Positions 20,092-33,900 of a stretch of 64,000 bases of DNA are shown one piece after another. The notes beneath the pieces are model-generated. The model had not been told where the DNA came from. It did not search any database and saw only the letters and a program-made list of their open reading frames with translations. Each line of letters begins with the position of its first letter. Within the stretch, counting starts at the first letter, position 1. A program made the translations under genes and the position numbers. The stretch is from an uncultured Verrucomicrobiae bacterium (lineage in GTDB: Bacteria; Verrucomicrobiota; Verrucomicrobiia; Chthoniobacterales; JAATET01): assembly GCA_963719495.1 (NCBI GenBank), contig CAVRCI010000005.1:128001-192000 (forward strand), given 5' to 3'.

Positions 20092-20549
20092 ACAAACCCG
20101 GCCTCCTCGAGGCGATCCGCACCGCCCTCGCCGAGGAATTCGAATCCCTCCGCGCCATCTCGCGCCAAACCCGCGCCGGCGGCAACGACGAGGAAAGCCG
20201 CGCCGAAGACAAATACGACACCCTCTCCACCGAGCAAAATTACCTCGCCGACGGCTTGGCAAAGCAAGCCCAAGCCGCCCGCGAAGCCCTCACCGCCTTC
20301 GAAAAACTTCCCACCCGCGCCTTCGCCCCCACCGACCCCATCGACCTCGGCGCCGCCATCAAGGTCGAGTTCCCGACCGAAACCACTTGGTTCTTCCTCA
20401 CCCCCGCCGGCGGAGGCCACGAAATCACTCACGAAAACACCACAGTCACCCTCATCACCCCCGAATCCCCCTTGGGCCAGCAACTCCGAGGAAAAACCAC
20501 CGGCGAAAAAATCACCCAACCCCCCGCCAAAATCACCGCCATCGCTTGA
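20088..20549 (+). CDS. GreA/GreB-like protein
   Basis: EDKYDT coiled-coil tip, [11 protein letters not shown]. Confidence 0.8.
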   Translation: MNKPGLLEAIRTALAEEFESLRAISRQTRAGGNDEESRAEDKYDTLSTEQNYLADGLAKQAQAAREALTAFEKLPTRAFAPTDPIDLGAAIKVEFPTETTWFFLTPAGGGHEITHENTTVTLITPESPLGQQLRGKTTGEKITQPPAKITAIA

Positions 20550-20707
20550 CGTCACCACCGCGCCGCAAGGCGCGGAGGGGAAAACAGGCATCCTGCCTGT
20601 CGTCCCAGGCCTCCAGCCCGGGACCTCGTGCCCGAGCGCGAAGCGCCAAAAATCAAAAACTTCCCGCTTGCCAACCCACCACTCCCGTGCATAATTCCCG
20701 GTTCCTT

Positions 20708-20977
20708 ATGGCAAAGAAAGCATGGCTCGAGCGGAACGCCCGCAAGCAAAAGACAGTCGAAAAATACGCCGAGCTCCGCGCGGAACTCAAAGCGAACAAG
20801 GACTACATCGGTCTCACGCAGCTCCCCCGCGACGCGAGCCCGACCCGGGTCGTGAATCGCTGCCAGCTCACCGGTCGCCGTCGCGCCTTCCTCCGCCGCT
20901 TCAAGCTCTCCCGGATGACCTTCCGCGAGCTCGCCCTCAACGGCTACATTCCCGGCGTCACCAAATCGAGCTGGTAG
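20708..20977 (+). CDS. rpsN: 30S ribosomal protein S14, 89-aa zinc-independent (C-minus) form
   Basis: MAKKA...[17 protein letters not shown]...[16 protein letters not shown]; one Cys only. Confidence 0.97.
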   Translation: MAKKAWLERNARKQKTVEKYAELRAELKANKDYIGLTQLPRDASPTRVVNRCQLTGRRRAFLRRFKLSRMTFRELALNGYIPGVTKSSW

Positions 20978-21190
20978 GCGCACGCCTCCCTTCCCGTCGC
21001 CCGGCTTCGCCGGGCGTCTTTCGGGTCGACACCAGCTCATTCCAGTGACGACCCAGATTCTCCCCTCCCAACATTCATCGTTGCCACGCGGCGGCGAACG
21101 CGTTGGACGGAACCCGGAACTCCCAACTCACACCACAACTAACAATCGGGTCCCAGACCCCGGGCGTCGTTTACCCAATTCTGGATTCTA

Positions 21191-22582
21191 ATGGAAATCT
21201 CTCATCTCCTGCTGGCCGCGGCCGACGGTGCCATCATCACCGACTGGGCCTCACCGGGAGTCATCTTCTTCCAACTGGCCTGCATCCTGGCCCTCGTTCT
21301 CCTCAACGGCTTCTTCGTCGCCTCGGAGTTTGCCATCGTCAAAGTCCGCGGCAGCCAGGTCGACGCCCTCATCGACCAAAAGGTCAAGGGAGCCGCCCGC
21401 GCCCGGAAGGTCGTCGCCCACCTCGACGAATACCTCTCCGCCACCCAGCTCGGCATCACCCTCGCCAGCCTCGGCCTCGGCTGGATCGGCGAGCCATTTC
21501 TCGCGGCCATGATCGAGCCGTTCTTCCACCTCGCCGGCATCGAATCCGCCGTCGTGATCCACACCGCCGGCTTCGCCATCGCGTTCTCGATCATCACCTA
21601 CCTCCACATCGTTCTCGGCGAACTCGCCCCGAAATCGCTCGCCATCCGCAAGGCCCTCGACATCACGATGCTCGTTTCCGCCCCGCTCGGCCTCTTCTAC
21701 ACGGTCTTCAAACCCTTCATCTGGTTTCTCAACGGCAACGCGAACTTCCTCCTCCGCCACGCCTTCAAGGTCGAACCCGCCGGTGAATCCGAACTCGCCC
21801 ACAGCGAAGAGGAACTCCGCCTCATCATCGCCGAGAGCCAGAAATCCGACGAAGTCTCCTCCCTCGGCCGCGAGATCAGCATCGCCGCCCTCGACCTCAA
21901 GCGCCGCATCGTCCGCGACATCATGACGCCCCGCGGCGAAGTCATCTACCTCGACCTCGACGAGCCCTTCGACGTCGAAATGAAGACCGCCATGGAGTCG
22001 CGCCACACCCGCTTCCCCCTCTGCCGCGAGCACCTCGACGACGCCGTCGGCCTCGTCCACATCAAAGACCTCCTCGCCCTCATTCGCGAGGACCGGCAGG
22101 ACTTCGACTCCATCAAACGCGAGCTCCTCCACGTGTCGGAAATGATGCCGCTGGAAAAACTCCTCCGTTTCTTCCTCACCAAGCACGCCCACCTCGCCGT
22201 CGCCGTCGACGAATACGGCGGAGCCGTCGGCATCGTCACCCTCGACAACGTCCTCGAAGAACTCGTCGGCGACATCCAGGATGAATTCGACGTCGCCGAG
22301 CAGGACTACCGCAAGATCAACGAAAGTGAATTCGAGACCGACGGCACCCACGCCCTCTACGAACTCGAAGAGAAGCTCGACCACAAATTCGACGAAGCCG
22401 ACGTCACCACCATCGGAGGCTACGTCACCTCCGAACTGGGCCACCTCCCGGTCGTCGGAGAGACCGTCCGAATCGACGACTGGCTGGCCACGGTCGCCAA
22501 ATCCGACAACCGCCGAGTCCTCGAAGTCCACTTCAAAAAAGACCCCGTCGCCGAAACCGAGATCGAACCGACCGAAGCTTGA
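21191..22582 (+). CDS. Hemolysin/CNNM (DUF21-CBS-CorC) family protein
   Basis: NGFFVASEFA, TQLGITLASLGLGW, GELAPKS, VDEYGG, ELVGDIQDEFD. Confidence 0.93.
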   Translation: MEISHLLLAAADGAIITDWASPGVIFFQLACILALVLLNGFFVASEFAIVKVRGSQVDALIDQKVKGAARARKVVAHLDEYLSATQLGITLASLGLGWIGEPFLAAMIEPFFHLAGIESAVVIHTAGFAIAFSIITYLHIVLGELAPKSLAIRKALDITMLVSAPLGLFYTVFKPFIWFLNGNANFLLRHAFKVEPAGESELAHSEEELRLIIAESQKSDEVSSLGREISIAALDLKRRIVRDIMTPRGEVIYLDLDEPFDVEMKTAMESRHTRFPLCREHLDDAVGLVHIKDLLALIREDRQDFDSIKRELLHVSEMMPLEKLLRFFLTKHAHLAVAVDEYGGAVGIVTLDNVLEELVGDIQDEFDVAEQDYRKINESEFETDGTHALYELEEKLDHKFDEADVTTIGGYVTSELGHLPVVGETVRIDDWLATVAKSDNRRVLEVHFKKDPVAETEIEPTEA

Positions 22583-22585
22583 TTG

Positions 22586-22797
22586 GCCGCAAAAAGGCGC
22601 AGACGGCTCAAAAATGGCCGAACTGGCGCTACCGTCCATCCAAGCCTTGTCATCTTGAACGAAGTGAAAGATCTCTGACTTCTCACCGCATTCCTCACCA
22701 AGCCCGGAAAAAGCCAGAGATGTTTCGCTTCGCTCGACGTGACAATTTTGGGATAGGTTCACCGTATTCTTTTGAGCCTTCTGCGCCTCTTTGCGGC
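22586..22797. repeat. Nested inverted repeats: ~9-nt-period outer pair around an inverted TGTC-REP pair
   Basis: 22586-22613 pairs with 22770-22797; 22648-22679 pairs with 22713-22744. Confidence 0.85.
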
Positions 22798-22833
22798 TAA
22801 AAACCACCACCTAATTACCCTCACCTCATCGCC

Positions 22834-23946
22834 ATGACCGATCCCCGCTTCCTCGACCTCGCGAACGTCCTCACCCAGCACTCGACCGACCTCAAACCGG
22901 GCGAAAAAGTCCTGATCGACGCTTTCGACATCCCCGACGAATTCGTGGTCACCCTCGTCCGCGCCGTCCGCGCCGCCAAGGCCACACCCTTCGTCCAACT
23001 CCACAGCGCCCGCATCTCCCGCGAACTCGCCGCGGGAGCCGACGAAGCCCAGCTCGCCGTCACCAGCACCATCGAACTCGCCCGCATGAAGAAGATGGAC
23101 GCCTACATCGCCATCCGCGGCAGCCACAACATCACCGAGATGTCGGACATCCCGGAGGACCGCATGCAGCTCATCGGCGGCAAGATGCGGCCCGTCCTCG
23201 ACTACCGCATCAACAAAACCAAGTGGGTCGTCCTCCGCTGGCCCACCCCGTCCATGGCCCAGCAAGCGCAGATGAGCACCGAGGCCTTCGAGGATTTCTA
23301 CTTCAAAGTCTGCACCCTCGATTACAGCCGGATGATCCCCGGCATGAAGGCGCTCAAGTCCCTCATGGACAAAACGGACAAAGTCCACCTCAACGGCCCC
23401 GGCACCGACCTCCGCTTCTCGATCAAAGGCATCGGCTCCGAAATGTGCGGCGGCGACCGCAACATCCCCGACGGCGAAGTCTTCTCCTGCCCCGTCAAGG
23501 ACAGCGTCGAAGGCACCATCACCTACAACACGCCGACCATCTACCAAGGTATCGCGTTCGAAGGCATCGTCCTCGAATTCTCGAAGGGCAAAATCGTCAA
23601 AGCCACGTCGAACAACACCGAAGCCCTCAACAAAATCCTCGATAGCGACGCCGGTGCGCGCTTCATCGGCGAGTTCGCCATCGGCTTCAATCCGCACATC
23701 CTCCACCCGATGCGCGACATCCTCTTCGACGAGAAAATTTCGGGATCCTTCCACTTCACCCCCGGCCAAGCCTACGCCCGCGCCGGCAACGGAAATAGAA
23801 GCCGCATCCACTGGGACATGGTCAACATCCAGCGCCCCGACTACGGCGGCGGCGAGATCTGGTTCGACGGCAAGCTCATCCGCAAAGACGGCCTCTTCCT
23901 CCCCAAAGCTCTTCAGAAGTTAAACCCGGACCATTTGCTCGGCTGA
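22834..23946 (+). CDS. Aminopeptidase, M29 (AmpS/aminopeptidase T) family
   Basis: [32 protein letters not shown]. Confidence 0.93.
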   Translation: MTDPRFLDLANVLTQHSTDLKPGEKVLIDAFDIPDEFVVTLVRAVRAAKATPFVQLHSARISRELAAGADEAQLAVTSTIELARMKKMDAYIAIRGSHNITEMSDIPEDRMQLIGGKMRPVLDYRINKTKWVVLRWPTPSMAQQAQMSTEAFEDFYFKVCTLDYSRMIPGMKALKSLMDKTDKVHLNGPGTDLRFSIKGIGSEMCGGDRNIPDGEVFSCPVKDSVEGTITYNTPTIYQGIAFEGIVLEFSKGKIVKATSNNTEALNKILDSDAGARFIGEFAIGFNPHILHPMRDILFDEKISGSFHFTPGQAYARAGNGNRSRIHWDMVNIQRPDYGGGEIWFDGKLIRKDGLFLPKALQKLNPDHLLG

Positions 23947-23960
23947 GCTCTGGGCCAACT

Positions 23961-24066
23961 AAACAGGATTTGCAGGATTTACGGGATTGACTGGATTTGA
24001 TGAGAAGGAATTGCAGGCCCCTCATTCCAAATCCTGTTAATCCAGTTAATCCAGTTAATCCCGTTT
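23961..24066. repeat. Inverted arrays of 9-nt units (CAGGATTTA-like / AATCCAGTT-like)
   Basis: About 4 units each way between convergent genes; overlaps the rarA stop. Confidence 0.85.
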
Positions 24067-25389
24067 AGTTTGCTCAAACCGTTCGCGCCAGAAATCGAGC
24101 CGCTCTTTCACCCGCCGCTCCATCCCATTCTCCGTCGGCTCGTAATACCGCCGCCCCTCCGGCAGGTAAGCCTGCGGCACGAAGCCGCCCTCGTAGTCGT
24201 GGCTGTATTTGTAGCCCACCCCGTGCCCCAACTTCTCCGCCCCCGCGTAATGCCCGTCCCGCAAATGTTGCGGCACGGCAAGAGTCCGCCCCTCCCGCAC
24301 GTCCTTGTTCGCCGCGCCAATCGCCACCGTCGCCCGATTGCTCTTCGGAGCCGTCGCGAGATAAATCGCCGCGTGCGCCAGGTTCAACTGCACCTCGGGC
24401 AGCCCCACCAAGTCGATCGCCTGAGCCGCCGCCACCGCGACCGATAGCGCGTTCGAATCCGCCAACCCCACGTCCTCGCTCGCGCAAATCACCATCCGCC
24501 GCGCGATGAACCGAACGTCCTCCCCGGCGTAAAGCATCTTCGCCAACCAATACACCGCCGCGTCCGGGTCCGATCCCCGCATGCTTTTGATGAACGCGCT
24601 GATCGTGTCGTAGTGCCCGTCGCCATCCCCGTCGTAGACCACCGCCTTCCGCTGAATGCTCTCCTCCGCCACCGCCAAAGTGATCCGAACCGAGCCATCG
24701 CCAGCCGCCTCCGTCGTCAACGCCGCCAGTTCCAGCGCATTCAGACACTTCCGCGCATCCCCGTCGCTGATCTTCGCCAAATGCCGCGCCGCCTCGTCGT
24801 CCAGCACCAACCCCCGGCCGCCCAAACCCCGCTCCGCATCCGCCACCGCCCGCTCCATCAGCGTCACCAGATCGTCTTCGCCCAGCGGCTGAAGCTCGAA
24901 AACCTGCGATCGCGAAACGAGCGGCGAGTTCACGTAAAAATACGGATTGTGCGTCGTCGCCCCAATCAGCCGCACCAACCCACTCTCGACGTCCGGTAGC
25001 AAAACATCCTGCTGCGCTTTGTTGAAGCGGTGAATTTCGTCGATGAACAAAGTCGTCCGCGGCCCGCCACCCCGCGCCCGGTTCGCCGCCGCGGCTGCCA
25101 CCCGCCGGATGTCCGCCACGTTGCTCTCCACCGCGTTCATCCGCTCGAACCGCGACTCCGTCGCTCCCGCGATCACCTGCGCCAGACTCGTCTTCCCCGT
25201 CCCCGGCGGCCCGAACAACAAAATCGAAGTCACCCGGTCCGCCTCGATCGCCCGCCGCAGTAATTTGCCCTCCCCCAGAATGTGGCGCTGACCCAACACT
25301 TCCCCGATCGACCGAGGCCGCATCCGCGCGGCAAGGGGAGCATTTGCGTCCACCGCCGTCACCACCACCGAACCAAACAAATCATCCAC
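24055..25389 (-). CDS. rarA: Replication-associated recombination protein A
   Basis: [47 protein letters not shown]. Confidence 0.97.
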   Translation of the reverse strand: MDDLFGSVVVTAVDANAPLAARMRPRSIGEVLGQRHILGEGKLLRRAIEADRVTSILLFGPPGTGKTSLAQVIAGATESRFERMNAVESNVADIRRVAAAAANRARGGGPRTTLFIDEIHRFNKAQQDVLLPDVESGLVRLIGATTHNPYFYVNSPLVSRSQVFELQPLGEDDLVTLMERAVADAERGLGGRGLVLDDEAARHLAKISDGDARKCLNALELAALTTEAAGDGSVRITLAVAEESIQRKAVVYDGDGDGHYDTISAFIKSMRGSDPDAAVYWLAKMLYAGEDVRFIARRMVICASEDVGLADSNALSVAVAAAQAIDLVGLPEVQLNLAHAAIYLATAPKSNRATVAIGAANKDVREGRTLAVPQHLRDGHYAGAEKLGHGVGYKYSHDYEGGFVPQAYLPEGRRYYEPTENGMERRVKERLDFWRERFEQTKRD

Positions 25390-25426
25390 CCGCCCACCAT
25401 CGCCAGCCCGCGCAAAATCATCAACC

Positions 25427-25453
25427 CGTGGAATCGGCTTCCAACCGATCACC
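25427..25453 (+). repeat. REP-like family E (CGTGGAATCGGCTTCCAGCCGATCACC)
   Basis: Near-identical copies at 42858-42884 and 57051-57077. Confidence 0.85.
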
Positions 25454-25523
25454 CACCAAATCGGCGAAGCCGCACTTCGAATTCCCCTCGCCCCCCAAAC
25501 CTCACCCACTTAAAATCCCAGCC

Positions 25524-25985
25524 ATGAAAACTCTCCTAGCCGCCGTCGATTTCAGCGATGCCTCGACCAAGGTCATCGAGCAAGCCCACACCCTCGCGAA
25601 AGCCCTCTCCGCGAAGATCTTCTTCGTCCACGTCGTCGAGCCCGTCGCGAACTACGTCCCCGTCGGAGCCGCCATGGACGTCATCGAAACCGCCCCACCG
25701 CCCATGATGGAACTCGACGTCGAACCCCACGAAGAACGCCTGAAAAAGCTGGTCGCCGCCGCCACCACCGACGGCATCGATGCCGATTCGATCGCCATCG
25801 TCGGCCTAGCCGCCGAAGAAATCGTAGCCACCGCCGAGACCCAGCAAGCCGACACCATCCTGGTCGGCTCCCACGGCCACGGAGCCCTCTACAACCTCTT
25901 CGCCGGCAGCGTAGTCACCGGCATCCTCAAGCGCTCCGAGATCCCCGTCCTGGTCATCCCCATCCCAAAAAAACACCAGCGCTAA
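25524..25985 (+). CDS. Universal stress protein
   Basis: LLAAVDFS, VGSHGHG, GSV, PVLVIP. Confidence 0.93.
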   Translation: MKTLLAAVDFSDASTKVIEQAHTLAKALSAKIFFVHVVEPVANYVPVGAAMDVIETAPPPMMELDVEPHEERLKKLVAAATTDGIDADSIAIVGLAAEEIVATAETQQADTILVGSHGHGALYNLFAGSVVTGILKRSEIPVLVIPIPKKHQR

Positions 25986-26004
25986 AGCCCAAAGAACGCA
26001 TCCA

Positions 26005-26043
26005 CCCCCCGGAGGGCGAGGCTCCCGCCGAGCCGTGACTCCC
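26005..26043 (+). repeat. REP-like family D (CCCCGGAGGGCGAGGCTCCCGCCGAGCCGTGACTCCC)
   Basis: Matching copy at 54820-54857; both lie between convergent genes. Confidence 0.85.
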
Positions 26044-26784
26044 TCACGCCCCCCCCGCACACAAAAACCGCAACGCCCCTCCAACCCGCTCCCGCCAAGA
26101 CCCCGCCGACTGCGTCCCCCCCGCCACCTGCTCGATCGAAAACTCCCGCCCATCGCGCCACCCCCGTTCCCGCAGCAGCGACCCCAGCTCCGCGTGATAA
26201 GGCGAGTAGCACTCGTCCAGTCCTAGCGTCCCGTAGTCGAAATACGCCCGCACCCCTTCCGGCAACCGCTCGAGCTCCGCGATCCACCGCAACATCCCAG
26301 CGTCCTCCGGCAAACTCTGCGACACGTCCTCGAACGAAGTCGACAGACAGGCCACCTTCGAAAAAACGCCGCCGCCACCCAGCGCGACCCGCAGCGCATT
26401 GAGCGCCCCCAACCCCGCGCCGACCAAAATCCGCCCGCCCGGCGAGCCCAACGTCCGCTCATTCGCGTCGATCCAGGCCACCAATTCCTCCCCGACGAAC
26501 CGCGCAAAACCCTCCCCGCCGCCCGCGTCCTCCAAAGAAAAATCCAAAGCCGGATCCGCACCCGTCACCACCCCCACGACCAACGCCGCCGGCATCACCC
26601 CCTCCGCCGACAGCGTCTCCACCCACTCAGGCACCCCCCCGCCGCCGACCGGCACGAACACCTCCGCGTCCAAACCCACCACCACCGGCAGCCGCCGTTC
26701 GGCCGCCACCGCCCCACCCGGACGCCAAACCCGCAACCCAACCTCGCGACCCAGAATCTCAGAAACCATCGTTCGGTCCACCAT
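26044..26784 (-). CDS. Alpha/beta-hydrolase esterase-like protein with degenerate active site
   Basis: FARFVGEELVAWID, YFDYGTLGLD, SWRERV; nucleophile elbow reads GAGLG. Confidence 0.7.
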   Translation of the reverse strand: MVDRTMVSEILGREVGLRVWRPGGAVAAERRLPVVVGLDAEVFVPVGGGGVPEWVETLSAEGVMPAALVVGVVTGADPALDFSLEDAGGGEGFARFVGEELVAWIDANERTLGSPGGRILVGAGLGALNALRVALGGGGVFSKVACLSTSFEDVSQSLPEDAGMLRWIAELERLPEGVRAYFDYGTLGLDECYSPYHAELGSLLRERGWRDGREFSIEQVAGGTQSAGSWRERVGGALRFLCAGGA

Positions 26785-26814
26785 CCCTCATCCATAACCG
26801 AAAATACGAGGTCA

Positions 26815-26955
26815 GACAGGATTTACAGGATTTACAGGATTCACAGGATTGGCCGGAGCAGTTCAGATCGCGGTAATCATTCGCTCACCAAGTGAGTCGG
26901 CATTCTCCTCACAAAGAATCGAAATCCAATCCTGTCCATCCTGTGAATCCTGTCC
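26815..26955. repeat. Inverted arrays of 9-nt units (ACAGGATTT-like / ATCCTGT)
   Basis: 4 forward units 26815-26851, 3 inverted units 26927-26955. Confidence 0.85.
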
Positions 26956-27063
26956 ATTTCAGGATTCAGCCTCACCCGCCCGGTCGCTCCCGCCAACCAC
27001 CCCCGTTTTCCCGAAGATCCCCTTGCACGCCCCTAACGCATGAATACAATCCAATACGTTGAT

Positions 27064-30791
<3,728 letters not shown>

Positions 30792-30792
<1 letters not shown>

Positions 30793-30921
30793 GGGAGCGC
30801 GCGCGTCCCCGCGTGCGAGATGCGGCGTCCCGCCGCATCAACCCGGCAATGCGAAGCGAGCCGACCGCTCAAGGAGCGGCGATTTGCAATCGCCGAACCA
30901 CCCCAAACGCGAAGCGTCAAA
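30792..30921 (+). repeat. Composite REP B + REP A + GCGAAGC mini-hairpin
   Basis: Direct match to the other family copies. Confidence 0.85.
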
Positions 30922-30951
30922 CCCCCACCGCGCACGTAATACCCCAACCAC

Positions 30952-33900
30952 GTGCCCGCCGTCCGCAAACTCCTCCACCGCCTCCGCTGGCCCGCGCTCA
31001 TTCTCCTCGCGCTCGCCGCCCTCCTCCTCGCGTTCCACCGCCCCCTCGTTTTCGAAATCACCCGTCGCCTCATCGTCCGCTCCGCCGAAGACCAGCAACT
31101 CCGCCTCACCTACGAGCTGGGCGGCTCGATCTTCACCACCCTGCGAGTCACCAACGTCGTCGCCGACCCCGACCCCGACAGCCCGATCCGCAAACTCACC
31201 ATCGGCGAGATCGGCCTCCAATACAGCCTCCTTGACTGGATTCGAAAAGGCTACCCCGGCCTCCTCAAAACGATCCGCCTAACCGATTTCAACCTGGAAA
31301 TCGACCAAACCAAATTCCAACCCCGCCAAGCAAATCAAAGCATTTCCACCAATCACCATTCACCAGTCACCAATCACCAATTTCCCCTCCTCTTCCCCGA
31401 AAAGGTCGAAATCACCAACTTCAGCTTCATCGCCCGCTCCCCTCAGGGCGACTTCACCTTCACCGGTTTCACCCTCCTCCTTCTCCCCGACCGCCCCGGC
31501 ACCCTCCGCGTCGGCCGCTTTTCGGCCCCCGGCTCCCCCACCTTCGAAAACCTCGAAGGACGCACGACCTTCACCGACCGCAACCTCATCCTCACCGACC
31601 TCGCCATCGGCCCCAAGATCCGGATCGACCGCTTCAACTTCGACGCCTCCCAGCTCGGCGAAAGCCGCCTCGGCCTCGCCGCCGACGCCACCGTCTTTGG
31701 CGGCACCGCCCACCTCGACGTCGCCCTCCGAGACATCTACGAGACCAACCGCTCGACCCTTCGCACCCGCGTCGAAGGCATCGCCCTCGAACGCGTCGCC
31801 GAGTTCCTCAACCTCCGCCCCGCCCCGAGCGGTCGGATCACCGACCTCACGCTCAACTACGAAGGCGAACTCCTCCGCCCCCTCACGTGGACCGGAAACG
31901 GTCGCGCCGAATTCGACGACCTCCAACTCGACCAACCCCGCATCGACCACCTCCTCGCCGTCTTCACCCTCGCCGACGGCCGCGCCCGGATCGACCTCCG
32001 CGAACTCCGCCGCGACGTCAACGTCCTCACCGGCCAGCTCGTCTCCAACCTCCCCAACGCCGTCACCGCGCTCCCGCCGGACAATTACGCCGGCTCCATC
32101 ACCCTCGACGCCCCCGACCTTTCCACCCTCGTCCCCGGAGTCGGACCCCTCGTCCGCGGGTCCGTCACCGGCTCCGGCCAGCTCGATTACGCCAACCCCG
32201 ACCTCGGCGCCAACCTGCAGATCGCCGCCCGGCAGCTTAACTTCCAGGACCTCCAACTCGCCAACGCCGACCTCGCCGTCACCTTCTCGAAAAAACTTCC
32301 CCCCCGCGGCGAGAATCAGCCGATCACGAGCGACCTCACCACCAGCCTCGGCGGACGCGCCGCCCGCATCACGTTCCGAAACTACGAAGCCGACGAAGCC
32401 CTCATCGAACTCGCTTCGACCGAACAATCCGTCGCGTTGAAAAAACTCGAGCTGAATTACCAAGGCAACTTCATCCGACTCGAAGGCAGCTACGAGGTTC
32501 CCGCCGACCCTCAGCAGGTCAACCTCGACCTCCTCGAACTCAAACTCCAAATCGACGCCCCGCGACTCGAAGATTTCGTCCGCGACACCCGCGGCTCCGT
32601 CCTCTCGGGCTCGCTCAAAGCCAACGCCGACGTCCACCGCGAAGGCGGCAAGTTTCAAGGCGGCCTCACGGTCGAAGCCACCCAACTCGCCGCCCAGGGA
32701 TTTGCCATCCCCGGCATCACCATCGACGCCCCCATCGCCGACGACGTCGCGAATCTCGAAACCTTCGAGATCAACCTCGGCCCAGCCAACTCCATCGAGG
32801 CCACCGGCACCGTCAATCTCACCGCCCCCTACGCCTACTCGGGTGACCTCACCATCGACCTCGCCGACCTCACCGCCCTCGTCCCCGCCGACCGCAATCC
32901 CAGCAACCTCGGCGGCAAACTCCACCTCACGTGGACCGGCTCCGGCGAAGCCGAAACGTTCGATCACTCCGGCCAATTCGCCGTTCAACTCACCGACGCC
33001 CGCACCGACCAATTCACCGACTTCGACGCCGAGGCGACCGGCAGCTACACCCCGACCGAGCTCACCATCCCCACCCTCACCGCCACCCTCGGCGCCGAGA
33101 AACTCCTCACCGGCCACGTCAATCTCCCCCTCGACCTCCGGAACCAGGACCAGCCCATCCCCCGAGACCGTCCCCTCGACCTCGCCCTCTCGACCCCCAC
33201 CCTCACCGTCGCCCAGCTCGCCAGCCTCGCGAACCAACCCGCCCCGCCCGCCGCCGGATCCGTCCAGCTCGACCTCACCGCCGACGGAACGCTCGACGCC
33301 CTCGACGCCAACCTTCACCTCACCGGCACCGACCTCCAGCCCGCCGACTTCCCGCAATTCGAGCCCGCGAAACTCGACCTCCGCCTCACCGTCGCCAAAG
33401 GCGACGCCCGCTTGGCCGCCGCCATCACCCAACGCCGCCTCGAACCCATCACCATCGAAGGCAACGTCCCCTTCATCCCCGGCGAACCGCTCGACCCGGG
33501 CGCGCCCATCAACCTCCGCTTCGACATCCCCAAGATCGACCTCGCCTTCCTCCCCACGCTCACCCCAGCCATCCGATTCGTCGACGGCCAGGCCTCCGCC
33601 CGCATCGACGTCACCGGCACCATCCGAGAGCCCATCCCCGCCGGCACCGCCGCCCTCCAAATCAAGCGACTCACCCTCGCCGGCGAAGGCCTCCCCGAGC
33701 TCGACACCGTCGACACCCGCTTCGCCTTCACCCGCGAAAAAATCGCGATCACCAACTTCACCGGCCGCGTCTCCGGCGGCGAACTCACCGTCAGCGGTGC
33801 CGCGGACATCCGCGACCCCCGATCCCCCCGGCTCGATTTCGCCGTCGAGGGAGACTCACTCCTCCTCTTCCGCAACCCCGACCTCCTCGCCCGCGCCAAC

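Noticed and set aside
19691..20977. 428-aa ORF as an extended S14 fusion
   Set aside because: The upstream part is a shadow frame over maa and the Gre-like gene; S14 starts at ATG 20708
20980..21190. Metal-sensing riboswitch before the CNNM/hemolysin gene
   Set aside because: No M-box or yybP-ykoY consensus recognisable by eye; an Rfam search would be needed
26790..27063. Cobalamin or SAM riboswitch upstream of metH
   Set aside because: No recognisable consensus; the region is occupied by 9-mer inverted arrays
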